A stretch of DNA of 63,934 nucleotides, counting the filler, from Lenisia limosa (taxonomy: Eukaryota; Protista; Breviatea), in assembly GCA_001655205.1 (NCBI GenBank). It is 11 parts of 11 records of this genome, joined end to end, with 100 filler letters (N's around TTAATTAATTAA, not from the genome) between each part and the next. Parts side by side here need not be neighbours in the genome. Positions count along the whole stretch, not along the records: positions 39,051 to 49,941 come from LPNZ01001234.1; positions 50,042 to 55,940 come from LPNZ01009502.1; positions 56,041 to 57,129 come from LPNZ01001124.1; positions 57,230 to 59,818 come from LPNZ01000952.1; positions 59,919 to 61,318 come from LPNZ01004883.1; 6 more parts are not named here. One strand, 5' to 3'. The translations under genes and the position numbers were made by a program. Below, one piece after another: positions 48,379-60,410 of the stretch (position 1 is its first letter; each line of letters begins with the position of its first letter). The notes under the pieces were generated by a model, which saw only the letters and a list, made by a program, of their open reading frames with translations, did no database searches and was not told where the DNA came from.

Positions 48379-49834
48379 GTGAATAGAGGTTTGTTTGATG
48401 AGGATATTTTTTTTCATATAAATAGGGACTGTCTTCAAAAAGACATTTGTCAAGAAAAGGGTCAAACAGCAACGCGTGAAAATATTTTGAAAATAGCCGT
48501 ATTCAGTAGCGTGCAGCAAAGTTTTAGATGAACATTACTTTCTCTATTCAAACAATAAGAAGAAAAATTTTCAATTTCAACCTGATGAACTGAAAATACG
48601 GGATTACCAAATTTTGCCGCACGTAGCAGCGTAATTTTACAATCTGCGCGCTGATATTTGCCCCATCGAGAAGTTTGTGTGGATAAAGTTTTTGTGGACG
48701 GTTTGATTGAATACGGTTTGTTTGGTCTGTAGGTGATTTGATGTCGACTGAAGTTTCTTTCGGATTGTAACAGTGTTCAAAGACCTCTCAGGAAAAGGAA
48801 TACGTCTTATCGTTCTGACTTCTCCATGTTTACCTCATCTCTTTTGACCCATATTTACTGATGATGTGATCATATGCCCATTTTGAGTTGAAATGAAAGC
48901 AAGATGGATAATACCGATTGTATCAGAAATTGAGACTTTCAGTCAATTATCATATGAGTGGATATGAGTTACATTTCACAGGAAAAATGAAGGTGTAATG
49001 AACTCATAGGTGAAGGGTTAATTTGATTCCCTTTTTCAACCTCACAGAAAGAGGACCATTATTTGTAGGGTTTAATCCGATTGTGACTTTCAAGGCTTAC
49101 CAGTTATAGTCATTTGATCTCCAATTTTAACCTCACAGGAAGAGGCCCAGTTTCGATGCGTATTTGCGCACTTTGTTTCAAAAAGAAAGACCCACTAGAC
49201 TGATTATTTTGTTTTTTTTACATTATTGTACAGTTATGATCTTCTTTTTTTGTTTTCTTTCGTTTTCTGAGAAATTTGTTCTTTTTGCACAATTATGCAT
49301 TATTATTAATTGATTGGTTGGGACTTTTTCAGGCATTTCTTTAAATTCATGTTCATTTTAAAGTGGGATTCACATCAGTTCTTTCGTACTTCTCTTGTAA
49401 AGTGATTGGAAAGCTTCAGCCAGAAACATTATTATGATATAGAGTAGAGATAAAACGACCTACATACATATATCCCTGAATTGCTTTTTACAGAGGGTGA
49501 ATCGAGGAGGATCACATCATTTTCCTTTTTTTTTCTCGCCCTCCCCTCATAAATCAATTTGGCATTTACCCCCCCTTTGTTTCAGCGTTGATTGCTCGTG
49601 TTTGTTATTGCTTGTTTTTTTTTTGTTTTTTGTTTGGAGTTTCAGACCAAGGTTCATACTATTTCCAAACACGGTCTGCGGTTTGTGTACATATGTTCGA
49701 GGGAAGTGTCGGTCTGCGGGTGTGTTTCTGTGGGCAGCGTTGGAATGTGGGTTGTGTATTTCCGTGGGCAGCGTCGGACTGCTGGTTGTGTATGGCCGAG
49801 GGCAGTGTTTTGTCTGATTTGCTATGTGATATTA

Positions 49835-49889
49835 AGTGACCGGGATAAGTCTTGGCCAATTTGCTATGTGGTCCCAAGGAAAATCGGTA
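49835..49889. mobile_element. Partial family C MITE
   Basis: AGTGACCGGGATAAGTCTTGGCC...CCCAAGGAAAATCGGT. Confidence 0.65.
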
Positions 49890-50041
49890 ACAATATGTCG
49901 TATACCCTCTGTTCAATTTGATGTGAAGACAAATATATCAANNNNNNNNNNNNNNNNNNNNNNNNNNNNNNNNNNNNNNNNNNNNTTAATTAATTAANNN
50001 NNNNNNNNNNNNNNNNNNNNNNNNNNNNNNNNNNNNNNNNN

Positions 50042-53000
50042 GTTCGCGCGAGAGATGGCGTGGCCCTGATAGAAGATGGCAGGCCTAAGGGGGGGGGGGG
50101 TAAATTAGAAAATTTATGCCACAAAACAAAAAAGCCCAAAATAAACTCTTGGCTAACAGCACACGAGGGTTGATAACAAAACAAACAAAGCGCAGGCCAG
50201 TCGGGATCTGCATTATAAGGGCACTAACATATATAGCATGAGAAATAAAAAAGGTAGTATCTGGCCAAAGTCGTCCACATCATCACGCTTATAAGAGATA
50301 TTGAATTATAGTATAATAGTAATTCACCCAATCATTCGCCTTACTACTCTACACACAGCTTTCTGCGTGCCTCCTCAGAACATTATTATAGAAATATAGC
50401 TCTTTTATTTGAACAGAGTACACCGAAATCTTTCACTTCATCCATTGTACCTAGGGCCACTTCGGTTAAAAAAAAAAAGACTGAATATCTCGATACATCC
50501 TCGAAAACTATCGATATTTTCCCGGGTTNNNNNNNNNNNNNNNNNNNNNNNNNNNNNNNNNNNNNNNNNNNNNNNNNNNNNNNNNNNNNNNNNNNNNNNN
50601 NNNNNNNNNNNNNNNNNNNNNNNNNNNNNNNNNNNNNNNNNNNNNNNNNNNNNNNNNNNNNNNNNNNNNNNNGCTAGGGCGGGTCTTCCCGTCCATTGGC
50701 TTAGTAGCCATGACGACAAGGGGTTGGCCTAGCGGAGGGAAGGTGAAATGATGGTTGGTTTGCTCGGAATTGTGTCAGAACGTGTAAGGAAGGAAAGTAT
50801 GTTAGTCATGAATTCTTTTATCTCAAATTCACCCATGCAAAAACAATGTAAAAACATGATTGATATTTAAATGATTAATAGCGCCAGCCTACCCCATTGA
50901 AGGATCAAATAAAATCCTTCATCCACGTTACCCCCTCTTTACCATGCACGGGGGCAACGAGGTCATTACTCCGGACCGCCGCCGCGGAGTCCAGCAGTAC
51001 AAGATCGAGATCCACGGGATCTATGATAAGATCAAACACGTCGAACGGTTCGTTGTTGGGGACCGGGCGCTCCTGGGGGGTGTATAAATGGGGGGGGGGT
51101 TACAAATTAGTCTACGTATGGTTCCATAAGACATGTAAATATCGATATCAATGTAAAATGTCGTCATTAGAAAAGACTGGTTAAATATCGATTTTTATCG
51201 AAAAATATGAGAGATTTGGTCTTTTCTGGGCCCTAATCGGCATCAATGTAAAATATTGACACATACAGTGACCGAGATAAGTCTTAACATATTTTCCTTG
51301 GGAAATCACATAACATCGGTCAAGACTTATCCCGGTCACTGTATATACATTTACCCACACACTCTCTCTATCATTAACCCCCGAAACACTGCCACCACAG
51401 TAAACCACTTTTCGCCCACGTCCTTTCAAAAATCCGAATTAATAATCCTAGTAATATCACTTCCCCCTCACTCTGTCCATAACTGAGCGGATGAACCAGG
51501 CGGAAAAGGACGGTCTAGAAGCGACAGCAGTACCGGGGGCAAGGCCGATGACGAGGCTGTACAGAAACGCTGAGACGATGTGCTTTGGAGAGAGACTAGG
51601 GGAAGGAAGCTGAGATTACCAGGTTTGGGCACCTCGGAATTTCAAAAGGACGTGTGTGATAAGTGCTACGAGGGGGGAGGGCAGATAAAATACTCCTATT
51701 ATCAATGTTTATGGCCTCCTACCCCCACGTTTTCTGGCCGCAACGTTGCAGCTGTTCCGAGGCTAAAGTAAGGGCTCCCGTTAATATCGTTGTGACGTTT
51801 CGAATAAGGCTCTGATAGGAAGGTGTTATAGGAATTGGAAGACGCTGTAATGATGAGAAAACCAGAACTTTATGAAACAAAAAAAAAAGCCCAGAATCAA
51901 CTCTGTTGGCTAGCATTTGGGAAACACACGAGGATTGCAAACACAAAACAAACATGGGCAATCTATTTTATATGTATATCATATATACTAAATAAACATG
52001 CTTACTAGACCCTTACAGGGGTTACACGACACTCTGATGGGGATTATAGGACTGTAATAGGGCTGTGATAAAGATATGATAGGGCTGTGATAGGGCTGTG
52101 ATAGAGCTGTGATAGGGCTGTGATAGAGCTATGATAGGGCTGTGATAGAGCTATGATAGGGCTGTGATAGAGCTGTGATAGGGCTGTGATAGAGCTGTGA
52201 TAGGGCTGTAATGGGATATTTGATCCGACTAACTCCCCACTTGTGCGTTCAGTCCGGGGAAGGGGTATGCCTAAATGGTCAATCTGGTTCAAAAAACAAG
52301 CAAAATTGATACGCGGTTTATGATATTCCTATGTATTTATTTGTTTCCCCAAGATATAAGTACATACACTGTATATTATTTCTTTTGTTAAAAAACAAAA
52401 AAAAAACAATTGATAGAAATCCGTGAATTTGATTACAAAACAGAAAATTGGATAACTCCTGACCAAAAAGCGGTTGGTAATAACTCTTTTTGATCACAAG
52501 AATAATATAAATTAAAATGTAGGGAAACATCACACGATATCATATGATATGGCTTCCATAACATACAGGACAAACTCAAATGAAAAAATGAACAACACAA
52601 TAAAAAAATAAAATGAACAAAGAACAACCTCATCTGCCCATAAAAAAAATATAAAACGAAAACAAAACAACAACAACCCAGTGTTTCTGTTTTTCTTTCT
52701 TTGGCTCTGTTTCTTTTCTTTTGTTCGTAAAGATTCCCTCAAACTGAGTTTGGTTCCGGGATTTTCTGGTATCTGACCTGACCGGTTGTATTAGGAATCT
52801 GAGGAGTAAAAATGGATAATTTATGAAACAAAAAAAGCCTTGGCTGACAACACATGAGGGTTGATAACAATAACAATAACAACAAAAAAAAAACGTGTAA
52901 AAAAAGCCCAAAAGGCTCAGCTCAGCATCCCAACACACACGCACACAATGTGTACAATAAAGCCCAAAATCAACTATGTTTGCCCCACTCAACACACACC

Positions 53001-55880
53001 CAAAAAGCTTCTTCCAACCCCCCCACGGGATGAGCGGCCAGCCAGAGAAGGGCGTTAGAGAGATGGTGCGAACAGAGCGACAGAATGAGCTCAGATGTTG
53101 ACGCTACATATCGGTAAGTTAGAGAAAATTCCAGTAAACTACGACGAACTACAGTGAATTACAGTGAATTACGATAAATACAGTAAATTACGGTGAATTA
53201 CAATAAGTAAAGTTAAATTATACTAAATACATACATACATAACCAATAAATTATACTATTTTATGCTAAATTATGTTAAATGTAGTTGATTTGTGTGATT
53301 TGTGACGTCCATAATCATTGTCACCCCCCCCCCCCNNNNNNNNNNNNNNNNNNNNNNNNNNNNNNNNNNNNNNNNNNNNNNNNNNNNNNNNNNNNNNNNN
53401 NNNNNNNNNNNNNNNNNNNNNNNNATCTTCCGCTTCCGAAGCTTCGGAAGCTTCCGATGAGGAACTATCCGACTCGGCAGAGCGATCTGAGCGATCTGAG
53501 CGATCTGAGTGGTCAAGAATATGATATGGGAGTCTTATAATGATGACTCATCCTTTTAATCGCAAAAAAAAATTCAACAATACCACCGCTAATGCCACCC
53601 CCTATCCTTCCGCTCTCTTTATTTCTCTATCAATTCCCCCTACCATCATCCGCCTGTGACTCTTGAGACGACTCATCTGAAGTCCAATCTTCCTCCTCTT
53701 CATCCTCACAAAGTTGTCCGAGGGTCTGGGGGGGTAAAACGAAGGAAGTTTATGACACAAAAAAAGCACAAATCAACTCTTAGCTGGCAACACACGAGGG
53801 TTGATAACAACAAAACAAAAAAACCCAAAGGGGGGATACGAAGGATGAAGAAGAGGTGTTATGTCTAAACCGTTTAAACAGAAAATTATAAACCGTCAAA
53901 ACCGTGAGAAATCAAAAACAAAGTCTTATCAAAGCCATCACCCTTATAAGAGATATTGAATTACAGTATAATATTTAAAGCAAATTTTAAAAAGTCAGCC
54001 AAAGCAACCCATCCACCCCCTCCCTTTACCTTAGTAGGGTTAACGGATTTATCGGCATCAGAGATTTTGAGTTGAGACTCCGAGGGTTTCACGGGGTAGA
54101 TTGGAGCAGCGTCTAGGAAATTTTAGTTATACTGGGTATGGGGGTCAACAATTTCTACTTCTTACGAACCCTGCTCCTCCCATTATAAGTCCATATTTCT
54201 TAAAAAGAGTCTCTGTCGCTTCCATAATCCAATTTACTCACACGTCCTATTGAAAATTCGAATTAAATAAGGGGCAAAACACATTCCCTCCCACCACGCT
54301 CATCCTCAACAGCCTCGGAGGTGGCCTGGGCCTCGAGCTGAATCAGCGGCCATGCCAGGCTCATTGAGCTGGTTTCGAGGGAGACATGAAGATCTTGTCT
54401 GGGGGGGGGGGGNNNNNNNNNNNNNNNNNNNNNNNNNNNNNNNNNNNNNNNNNNNNNNNNNNNNNNNNNNNNNNNNNNNNNNNNNNNNNNNNNNNNNNNN
54501 NNNNNNNNNNNNNNNNNCTGTGGTGACAGCACACGGGTAGATAACAACAAAACAAAGCCCAGGCCAGTCACTTCTACAATACGGGATTTATGATCCATAT
54601 TCTCCATACGTATATGTATATCTAAAGGTAACAGAGTTGGGGGAAAACAAGTCTGGCTGAAGCCTTCCACAATCATTCCAAAAGGAGATATTGGACCTGT
54701 ATCATATTAATTCAACAACTCATTTGCTTACGAGGAGAGTTGAGGGGGTTCGTTCTGCGTGGTGATGAATGTCGTACGTGAGAGCTGAAGGAGGTGAAAG
54801 TGAAAAGATTGTCATAATAATCATGATCATCCTCATCATCACTATAAAATAATCATAGTAATCATAGTAATCATAATAATCAAAGTAATCATAATAATAA
54901 AAGTAATCATAGCGATCATAGTAATCCTAGTAATCATAGGAATCATAATAAAAATCATAATAATAATAATAATCAAAGAATAATCATAATAATCAAAATA
55001 ATCATAGTCTTCATAATTACACCCACTCACCTCCTGTTGAATTGGCCAGAAGCCGCGAGGAAGGTCCACGGACTCAATCAAAATCTTGACATTGGGTGGC
55101 AGAACCACATGACCGCCACCTAAGGGGGGCGGGGTAAAAAGGAAGATTAACAAGTTAGTTAGCTCGGATATTCTCGAGGACGTGTGAGGGAAGTGAGGGG
55201 GGGGGGGGATAAAACATAGGAAAGTTCGATGAAGAATATTGGCGAAAAGGTACTAATCACGAACCGAATAATCTGAAACTCCAAACAAAACAAAAAAAAA
55301 CAAGCAATAACAAACATAAGCAACCAACGCTAAAACAAAAGCCGGATCAAAAACATAAAAAATAACACGCACGAGTCAGCGTAAAAGTGTTAAATAAATG
55401 CCTTCCACAAACCAGGTAAAATGACTTTACCGTCGGCAATGAGCGCAGCTAAAATCGGCAGAACTCCAGGCTGCAAATGTAAGTAATATTACTCATGTTA
55501 AACTAAAAATGTAAGTAGTATAACTGATGTTAAACTAAAAATGAAGCAATATTACTAATATTTAACTAATTTAACTAATGTTAAAATGAAAATGTAAGTA
55601 ATTGTACTAATGTTTGCAATTGATGTCAGGACATTTATCTGATAGGCTGGAGATGTCAGTTATTTACTAATGTTAAGATGTGACAATTATGTTTCACTAA
55701 TCCTTCAAACCAAACACTATAACTTATCCTAAAACAAACCCGCTAGACTAACAAAATACCGCCCACATTGGGTACTCCGTCAAGCACAATCCAGATGAGC
55801 GACTCGCGGGCAGACCGCAATGCCGCCGTCAGCGTGCCGTCCACCCAGAAAGACGCCTTTTGAGGGAGGATCGAGAAGGA
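50042..55880 (-). CDS. Degenerate dynein heavy chain-like protein, AAA2-AAA3 region, internal fragment
   Basis: FWVDGTLTAALR, WIVLDG and VVLPPNVKILIESVDL follow dynein AAA2 motifs in order. AFLYSLVIGL and HGQPLVVMATKPMDGKT fall where the AAA3 P-loop is expected. Confidence 0.55.
50085..50212 (-). mobile_element. Family A element ending at a 3' splice site
   Basis: GACTGGCCTGCGCTTTG...ATCAACCCTCGTGTGCTGTTAGCCAAGAG...TTTACCCCCCCCCCCTTAG then exon PAIFYQGH. Confidence 0.8.
51266..51341. mobile_element. 76-bp Tc1/pogo-type MITE (family C), best copy
   Basis: TA on both sides; TIRs CAGTGACCGAGATAAGTCTT and AAGACTTATCCCGGTCACTG match at 19/20. Confidence 0.85.
51845..51958 (-). mobile_element. 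Family A element ending at a 3' splice site
   Basis: CCTCGTGTG...GCCAACAGAGTTGATTCTGGGCTTTT..GTTTCATAAAG...TTACAG then exon RLPIPITP. Confidence 0.7.
52050..52212. repeat. 11-bp minisatellite (GATAGRGCTRT)n, intronic
   Basis: About 13 tandem units. Confidence 0.9.
52799..52945 (-). mobile_element. Family A element ending at a 3' splice site
   Basis: ATCAACCCTCATGTGTTGTCAGCCAAGGCTTTTTTTGTTTCATAAATTATCCATTTTTACTCCTCAG then exon. Confidence 0.8.
53726..53830 (-). mobile_element. Family A element ending at a 3' splice site
   Basis: ATCAACCCTCGTGTGTTGCCAGCTAAGAGTTGATTTGTGC...TTTTACCCCCCCAG then exon. Confidence 0.8.
54399..54590 (-). mobile_element. Family A element ending at a 3' splice site
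   Basis: GAAGTGACTGGCCTGGGCTTTGTTTTGTTGTTATCTACCCGTGTGCTGTC, N gap, then CCCCCCCAG and exon. Confidence 0.75.
54848..55015. repeat. Degenerate 9-bp (AATCATART)n array, intronic
   Basis: Visible tandem units. Confidence 0.85.
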
Positions 55881-56299
55881 CTGGTTGAATAAGAGATTTG
55901 AGAACATAGTAATTTATTATTCGACTGAAAATGAAAATGANNNNNNNNNNNNNNNNNNNNNNNNNNNNNNNNNNNNNNNNNNNNTTAATTAATTAANNNN
56001 NNNNNNNNNNNNNNNNNNNNNNNNNNNNNNNNNNNNNNNNTTCCGCTATATATATATTGTTTACTTATCATTTATCGTCTCTTATAATGCACAAATAGAA
56101 AATCAGAGTGAAACAAAGAGACTTTCTCAGAAAATACAATTTCAAAAAACTGGGCCTTTTCATATGCACTGGGCACCTTTATATTCCCTGACCTATATAT
56201 ATATGTATGTGGTACACCCGATAGTCTTGACCGACTTTTCTGAAGGCAGAAAAAAAACAACATATAATATACACCATCGTAATTATACAGAAAGGGTAT

Positions 56300-56970
56300 T
56301 TATCAGGGCTTCTTGGAGGCAGGCGTTTGAAGCTTCAACTGCAGGCAAATCTGACGCAGTGTCCAATCCCGTTACGTTGGCGATCTTGGCCGCGACCATT
56401 TTTACGAAGTCCATCTGGACAACAATAAATGAAGTTTAATTGAAAAAAAAAGTGGATTTTTTACACCCCCTCCCTCACATGCGCAATCCGGAGGTTGTCA
56501 TAACAGACACGGAGGACATGCTCGTCAGCAAAAATAGCCTTTGTTTTCTCAACATTGACCGCTGCTCAGTAATAAATATAGGTATAAGACAAGAACAAAA
56601 ACAAACCCCTCACCCCACGAATCCTACTTTGAAATGCTTCTTCAGGGCATCTGAGGACAGCGTGAGAGAGATCTTCGGTAGCGTATCTAGTACCTGCAAT
56701 AGGGTAAATACTCTGTTTTGGGAAAAAGAAAAAAAAACACATATTGGGAGAGGTGTACGTTGCTCACAGCGTCACTGACACCTCGTGACTTGAGGTAAAG
56801 AGCCATCATAAAGGAGAACAGCGAGGTTTTTTGGTGGCCGAAAACGAAGGACAGTGAAAAACAGAAACCAGTCTGCCGCAATAAACTTCCTGGGGGCCCT
56901 CCCAAGAAGGTCCGAAAATTCGCGGACGCGAATCGGCATCAAGACCGTTGCTTTCTGGCCAATATCTGAG
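56300..56970 (-). CDS. Hypothetical multi-exon gene fragment
   Basis: GT-AG bounded open frames (VLDTLPKISL.., AVNVEKTKAIFADEHVLRVCYDNLRIAH, MDFVKMVAAKIAN..). Confidence 0.35.
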
Positions 56971-57254
56971 GAGAAATTAACTTCAAATTATGACTATAAA
57001 CAATCAACAGCATACCGAAAATGTAGACAGAGGTAACAATAATATATATTATCACTAATATCATATGTACAATAGGGGAGCGAGGGGGGGGGTCAAGGTC
57101 ATTACAGGACTGGGTGGTGAGGGTGAATANNNNNNNNNNNNNNNNNNNNNNNNNNNNNNNNNNNNNNNNNNNNTTAATTAATTAANNNNNNNNNNNNNNN
57201 NNNNNNNNNNNNNNNNNNNNNNNNNNNNNATAGTACAAAGACCCAAAGACCCAC

Positions 57255-59045
57255 TTGGCAGTCCGTCAGCAACAATTCCGGCTGTGTTTCCAGGGTCATA
57301 TAGTTTGGACAGAGCATCGGGCTCTGTTCTTCGGGTTCGGACGGGAAAATCCCGACTTTATCCGGGCTCACCATCGGCAATTTGGCCGATTTTTCGGGCT
57401 TGACGGGAGCTTCATGGTCAGAGAAGAGAGGCTGGGAGAAGAGGTCGTCCAGTTGATCGTCGCTGTCCAATAAGGGGTCAACATCCTGGGCCGTAGGTAT
57501 GATATCGAAAGTGTCCGGGGCAACCTCGGGGCTCGCCTCGACTACCTTGGCATCCAGAAGAGCGATATCATCCTCCGGTCGCGTAGTCAACACACTGTCC
57601 GACATTGGGGCCTCGGTAATTACACTATTGACCAGAGCCGGGCCGGAGAACAGGGAGTCGTCGAAAAGCGTGTTCTGGTCAAAAAGAGAGTTCTTGTCAA
57701 AAAGCTTGTTATTGGTGAGACCATCGTCTCCCGGAGCGGAGTTTGGTGGCTGGTGTGGGGAGGGCGAGAACAGTGGCTCGGATTCGGGCTCGCCTTGCTG
57801 GATTGCAATTTGAAGGGATGACTCAAAAATGGCTTTCTGCGGGAGTAAAAATGGAAAATTATGGGAAAAATAAGTACAAAATTAACTTTCAGGGAGTAAA
57901 TATGTTGCAAATTGGGGTTATTTGGGATAAAATGGAAGGTAATTCAAAGTGTTAAGTTGCATGGAAGTACATTTAAAGATGTGTACAGAGCAATGACTGT
58001 TTAGAATACCAGGCAATGATATGGTATTCATATTTATGGTCATATCTTGCCCAAAAAAATATAATTTTTTGTAAAAATTTAAATAAAGAGGAATTCTATC
58101 AAAAAAAAAATAATAAAAAAATAATAATAAAAAAAAAGGAAATAAAAGGTCATATTTGAAACAATTGAGGTTGTTTTTTAAATACGCTTCCTTTTTTTGA
58201 CAATCTATTGTCTCTGATACACATATAGAAGTAAAATCAGAAACGATAGTAAACGTGTTCATCAAAATAGATTAAAGAACATAATTTAGTGAAAAACGAA
58301 AGAAATTTCATCATTTCATCATGAGAGATATGGTACTCAATTATCCACATCCTCCCCTCTCTTGCCAAATGTTCATTATAACAGTTATTCCACTCCTCTC
58401 CTTCATCTAAACCCACTCTCTTATTGCTGAATATCGGTTACAACCGTTAATCTGTCAGAACATCAATCATTGATCCGCCCCAACTTTTTGGCTTGACGCA
58501 GAATCGGCCAACAAATCGGTTTCAAACAGATACATATTGTCGTTGTCGATCACAGCAGTGTCCTTCTCTGGTTTTGCGTCTTTGGATTCCGGTTGGTCCA
58601 CAGGGATCGAGGAGATTGATGGAAGAATGGCACTGTATTCCGGCGTTGTGGCGCGGGTGACAAGAACGGGCTTGGCTGCAGTCTTCGGGAGGTTTTTAGG
58701 GGGCGCTGTGGAGGCTTGGAATGCGGGGGTGTACGGGATAGTAGCATCGAAGGATGAGGGTGAGTCGACGGAGAAGAGATCACTGAAGTTATTCAATGGC
58801 CTTGACTTAGATACATCAAATGGACTGTCAGTCACTGGCTCAGCGGTCTTAGGCTTCGGAGGGGAGGCAGAGAGGTTAGCAGAAAGAAGCGGGGAAGGCA
58901 ATTTCTGCTTAGTGGCTTCTTTTTTGCTGCTAGATGATGATGAAACATCACAATTCTTAAAGATAAGGTCTTTAAACCTCTTGCGATTTTTGTGAATCCG
59001 GAGTAGCTGCTCACGCTCCTTTCTGAGCACTTCCTTTTCTTTCAT
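57255..59045 (-). CDS. Low-complexity P/S/D-rich protein with repeated LF-acidic motifs, 3' partial
   Basis: Two long open exons (~58480-59045 and ~57255-57836) containing NKLFDKNSLFDQNTLFDDSLFS and DDQLDDLFSQPLFSD. Confidence 0.6.
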
Positions 59046-60053
59046 TTTGACAATTTAACACATATCTTCACCATATTTTGCTCGCGAACTGGCATTTTCT
59101 TGTGAAAATTGCTTCTTAAATTTACACTGTTCTTGGCGTCCTCCCAGGAACATATTATTTAAAACAGATTGTTTTTAGGTGCGTGAAAAGGTTAGGAAGA
59201 ACGATTTAGTATTTTGTGTTAATTGAGAGAATTAATATTAGACTGATGACCAAGGAAAAATCGAGATAAGAAAGCTACAAAGGGAATGCTGACATTGCTC
59301 ACGTCTGTGCTTGTTCTGCAGAATCTCTTGATTTCCAATGGTAGGATATGTATAAAAATAGTATTGTTTGCTGGCTTTCAGGTCATACTTCCAATTTCCT
59401 CTTGCTGCATTACCCCCTTATTATGGGGAAACTGTTTCTCTCTTAAAGGTTGTTTCTCTGGACCTAAGGTTTTGTTCAAGTACTTTAGTTGATTCTGTCT
59501 GGATGAGATCAATCTTTTTTCACCCTATTTGAATCATGGCTTGTATGTTTCCACTTTTGGAAACGTTTTGCGAGAGAAGATCTGTTGTGTTGATTTTTAT
59601 CCATGCATTTTTTCCCGATTTGTTTCACTTCATACCCATTTTTGACATGGGTATTGAAATGGCTTTGGCCAAGTGAATATGTTACCGGGAGGCACGCAGG
59701 AAGTTGTGTTAAGGCAAATGATTGGGTAAATAACTATAATTCAACATCTTTTGTAAGCATGATGGTGTCGGGCGGCTTCGGCCAAATACTTCTCATGCCT
59801 GGGCTTTGTTTGTTTTGTNNNNNNNNNNNNNNNNNNNNNNNNNNNNNNNNNNNNNNNNNNNNTTAATTAATTAANNNNNNNNNNNNNNNNNNNNNNNNNN
59901 NNNNNNNNNNNNNNNNNNATAGCGATTACACGGGGTGGGGGTAATTTGAGTGATAGGAGGGTATATTAAAATAGATCATGTGGTATTAACTTTGGTTATC
60001 ATTGCTATAAAATATAGTACATTTTCTAAATACTATCATCACTAAATGGCCAA

Positions 60054-60410
60054 ATGACACGCTTTAGCGACGATGACAGCATGGAAGAGGATTTCAGCGA
60101 AAGCGAAGATGAGGGCTTTGAGGAGGTCAAGTCAAAAAAAGGTTGGGTGTGGGGGGGGGGAGAGTTACGAAGAAAGGTTGGTGTGTCACATTCAGGGTTT
60201 TAAAATTCGCCAATCCCACTATTTAGGCAAGAAGCCTCCCACCCCCAAAAAGCCCGCTGCACCAAAAGCCAAACCAGCTCCAAAACCGAAGAAAACACCA
60301 GCCAAAAAAGCCGCCCCGAAAACCCCTATGAAATCACCTACAAAACCCGCGGCTAAGGTTACTAAGAAAGCTCCGCCTCAGCCGTCTATTAGGAAGAGCG
60401 CTGGTACCAG
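60054..60410 (+). CDS. Protein N-terminus with an acidic stretch then a K/P/A-rich (H1-like) stretch, partial
   Basis: MTRFSDDDSMEEDFSESEDEGFEEVKSKK, intron, then GKKPPTPKKPAAPKAKPAPKPKKTPAKK. Confidence 0.55.

Noticed and set aside
46100-49100. Endogenous virus or Polinton in the AT-rich stretch
   Set aside because: No long intronless ORFs or polymerase/capsid/integrase motifs; the open segments are bounded by splice sites like host exons
52050-52212. CRISPR-like array
   Set aside because: Contiguous 11-bp units with no spacers, in a eukaryotic intron
53432-53451. Perfect 20-bp palindrome GCTTCCGAAGCTTCGGAAGC
   Set aside because: Explained by codons of a Ser-Glu-Ala repeat in an exon; single occurrence
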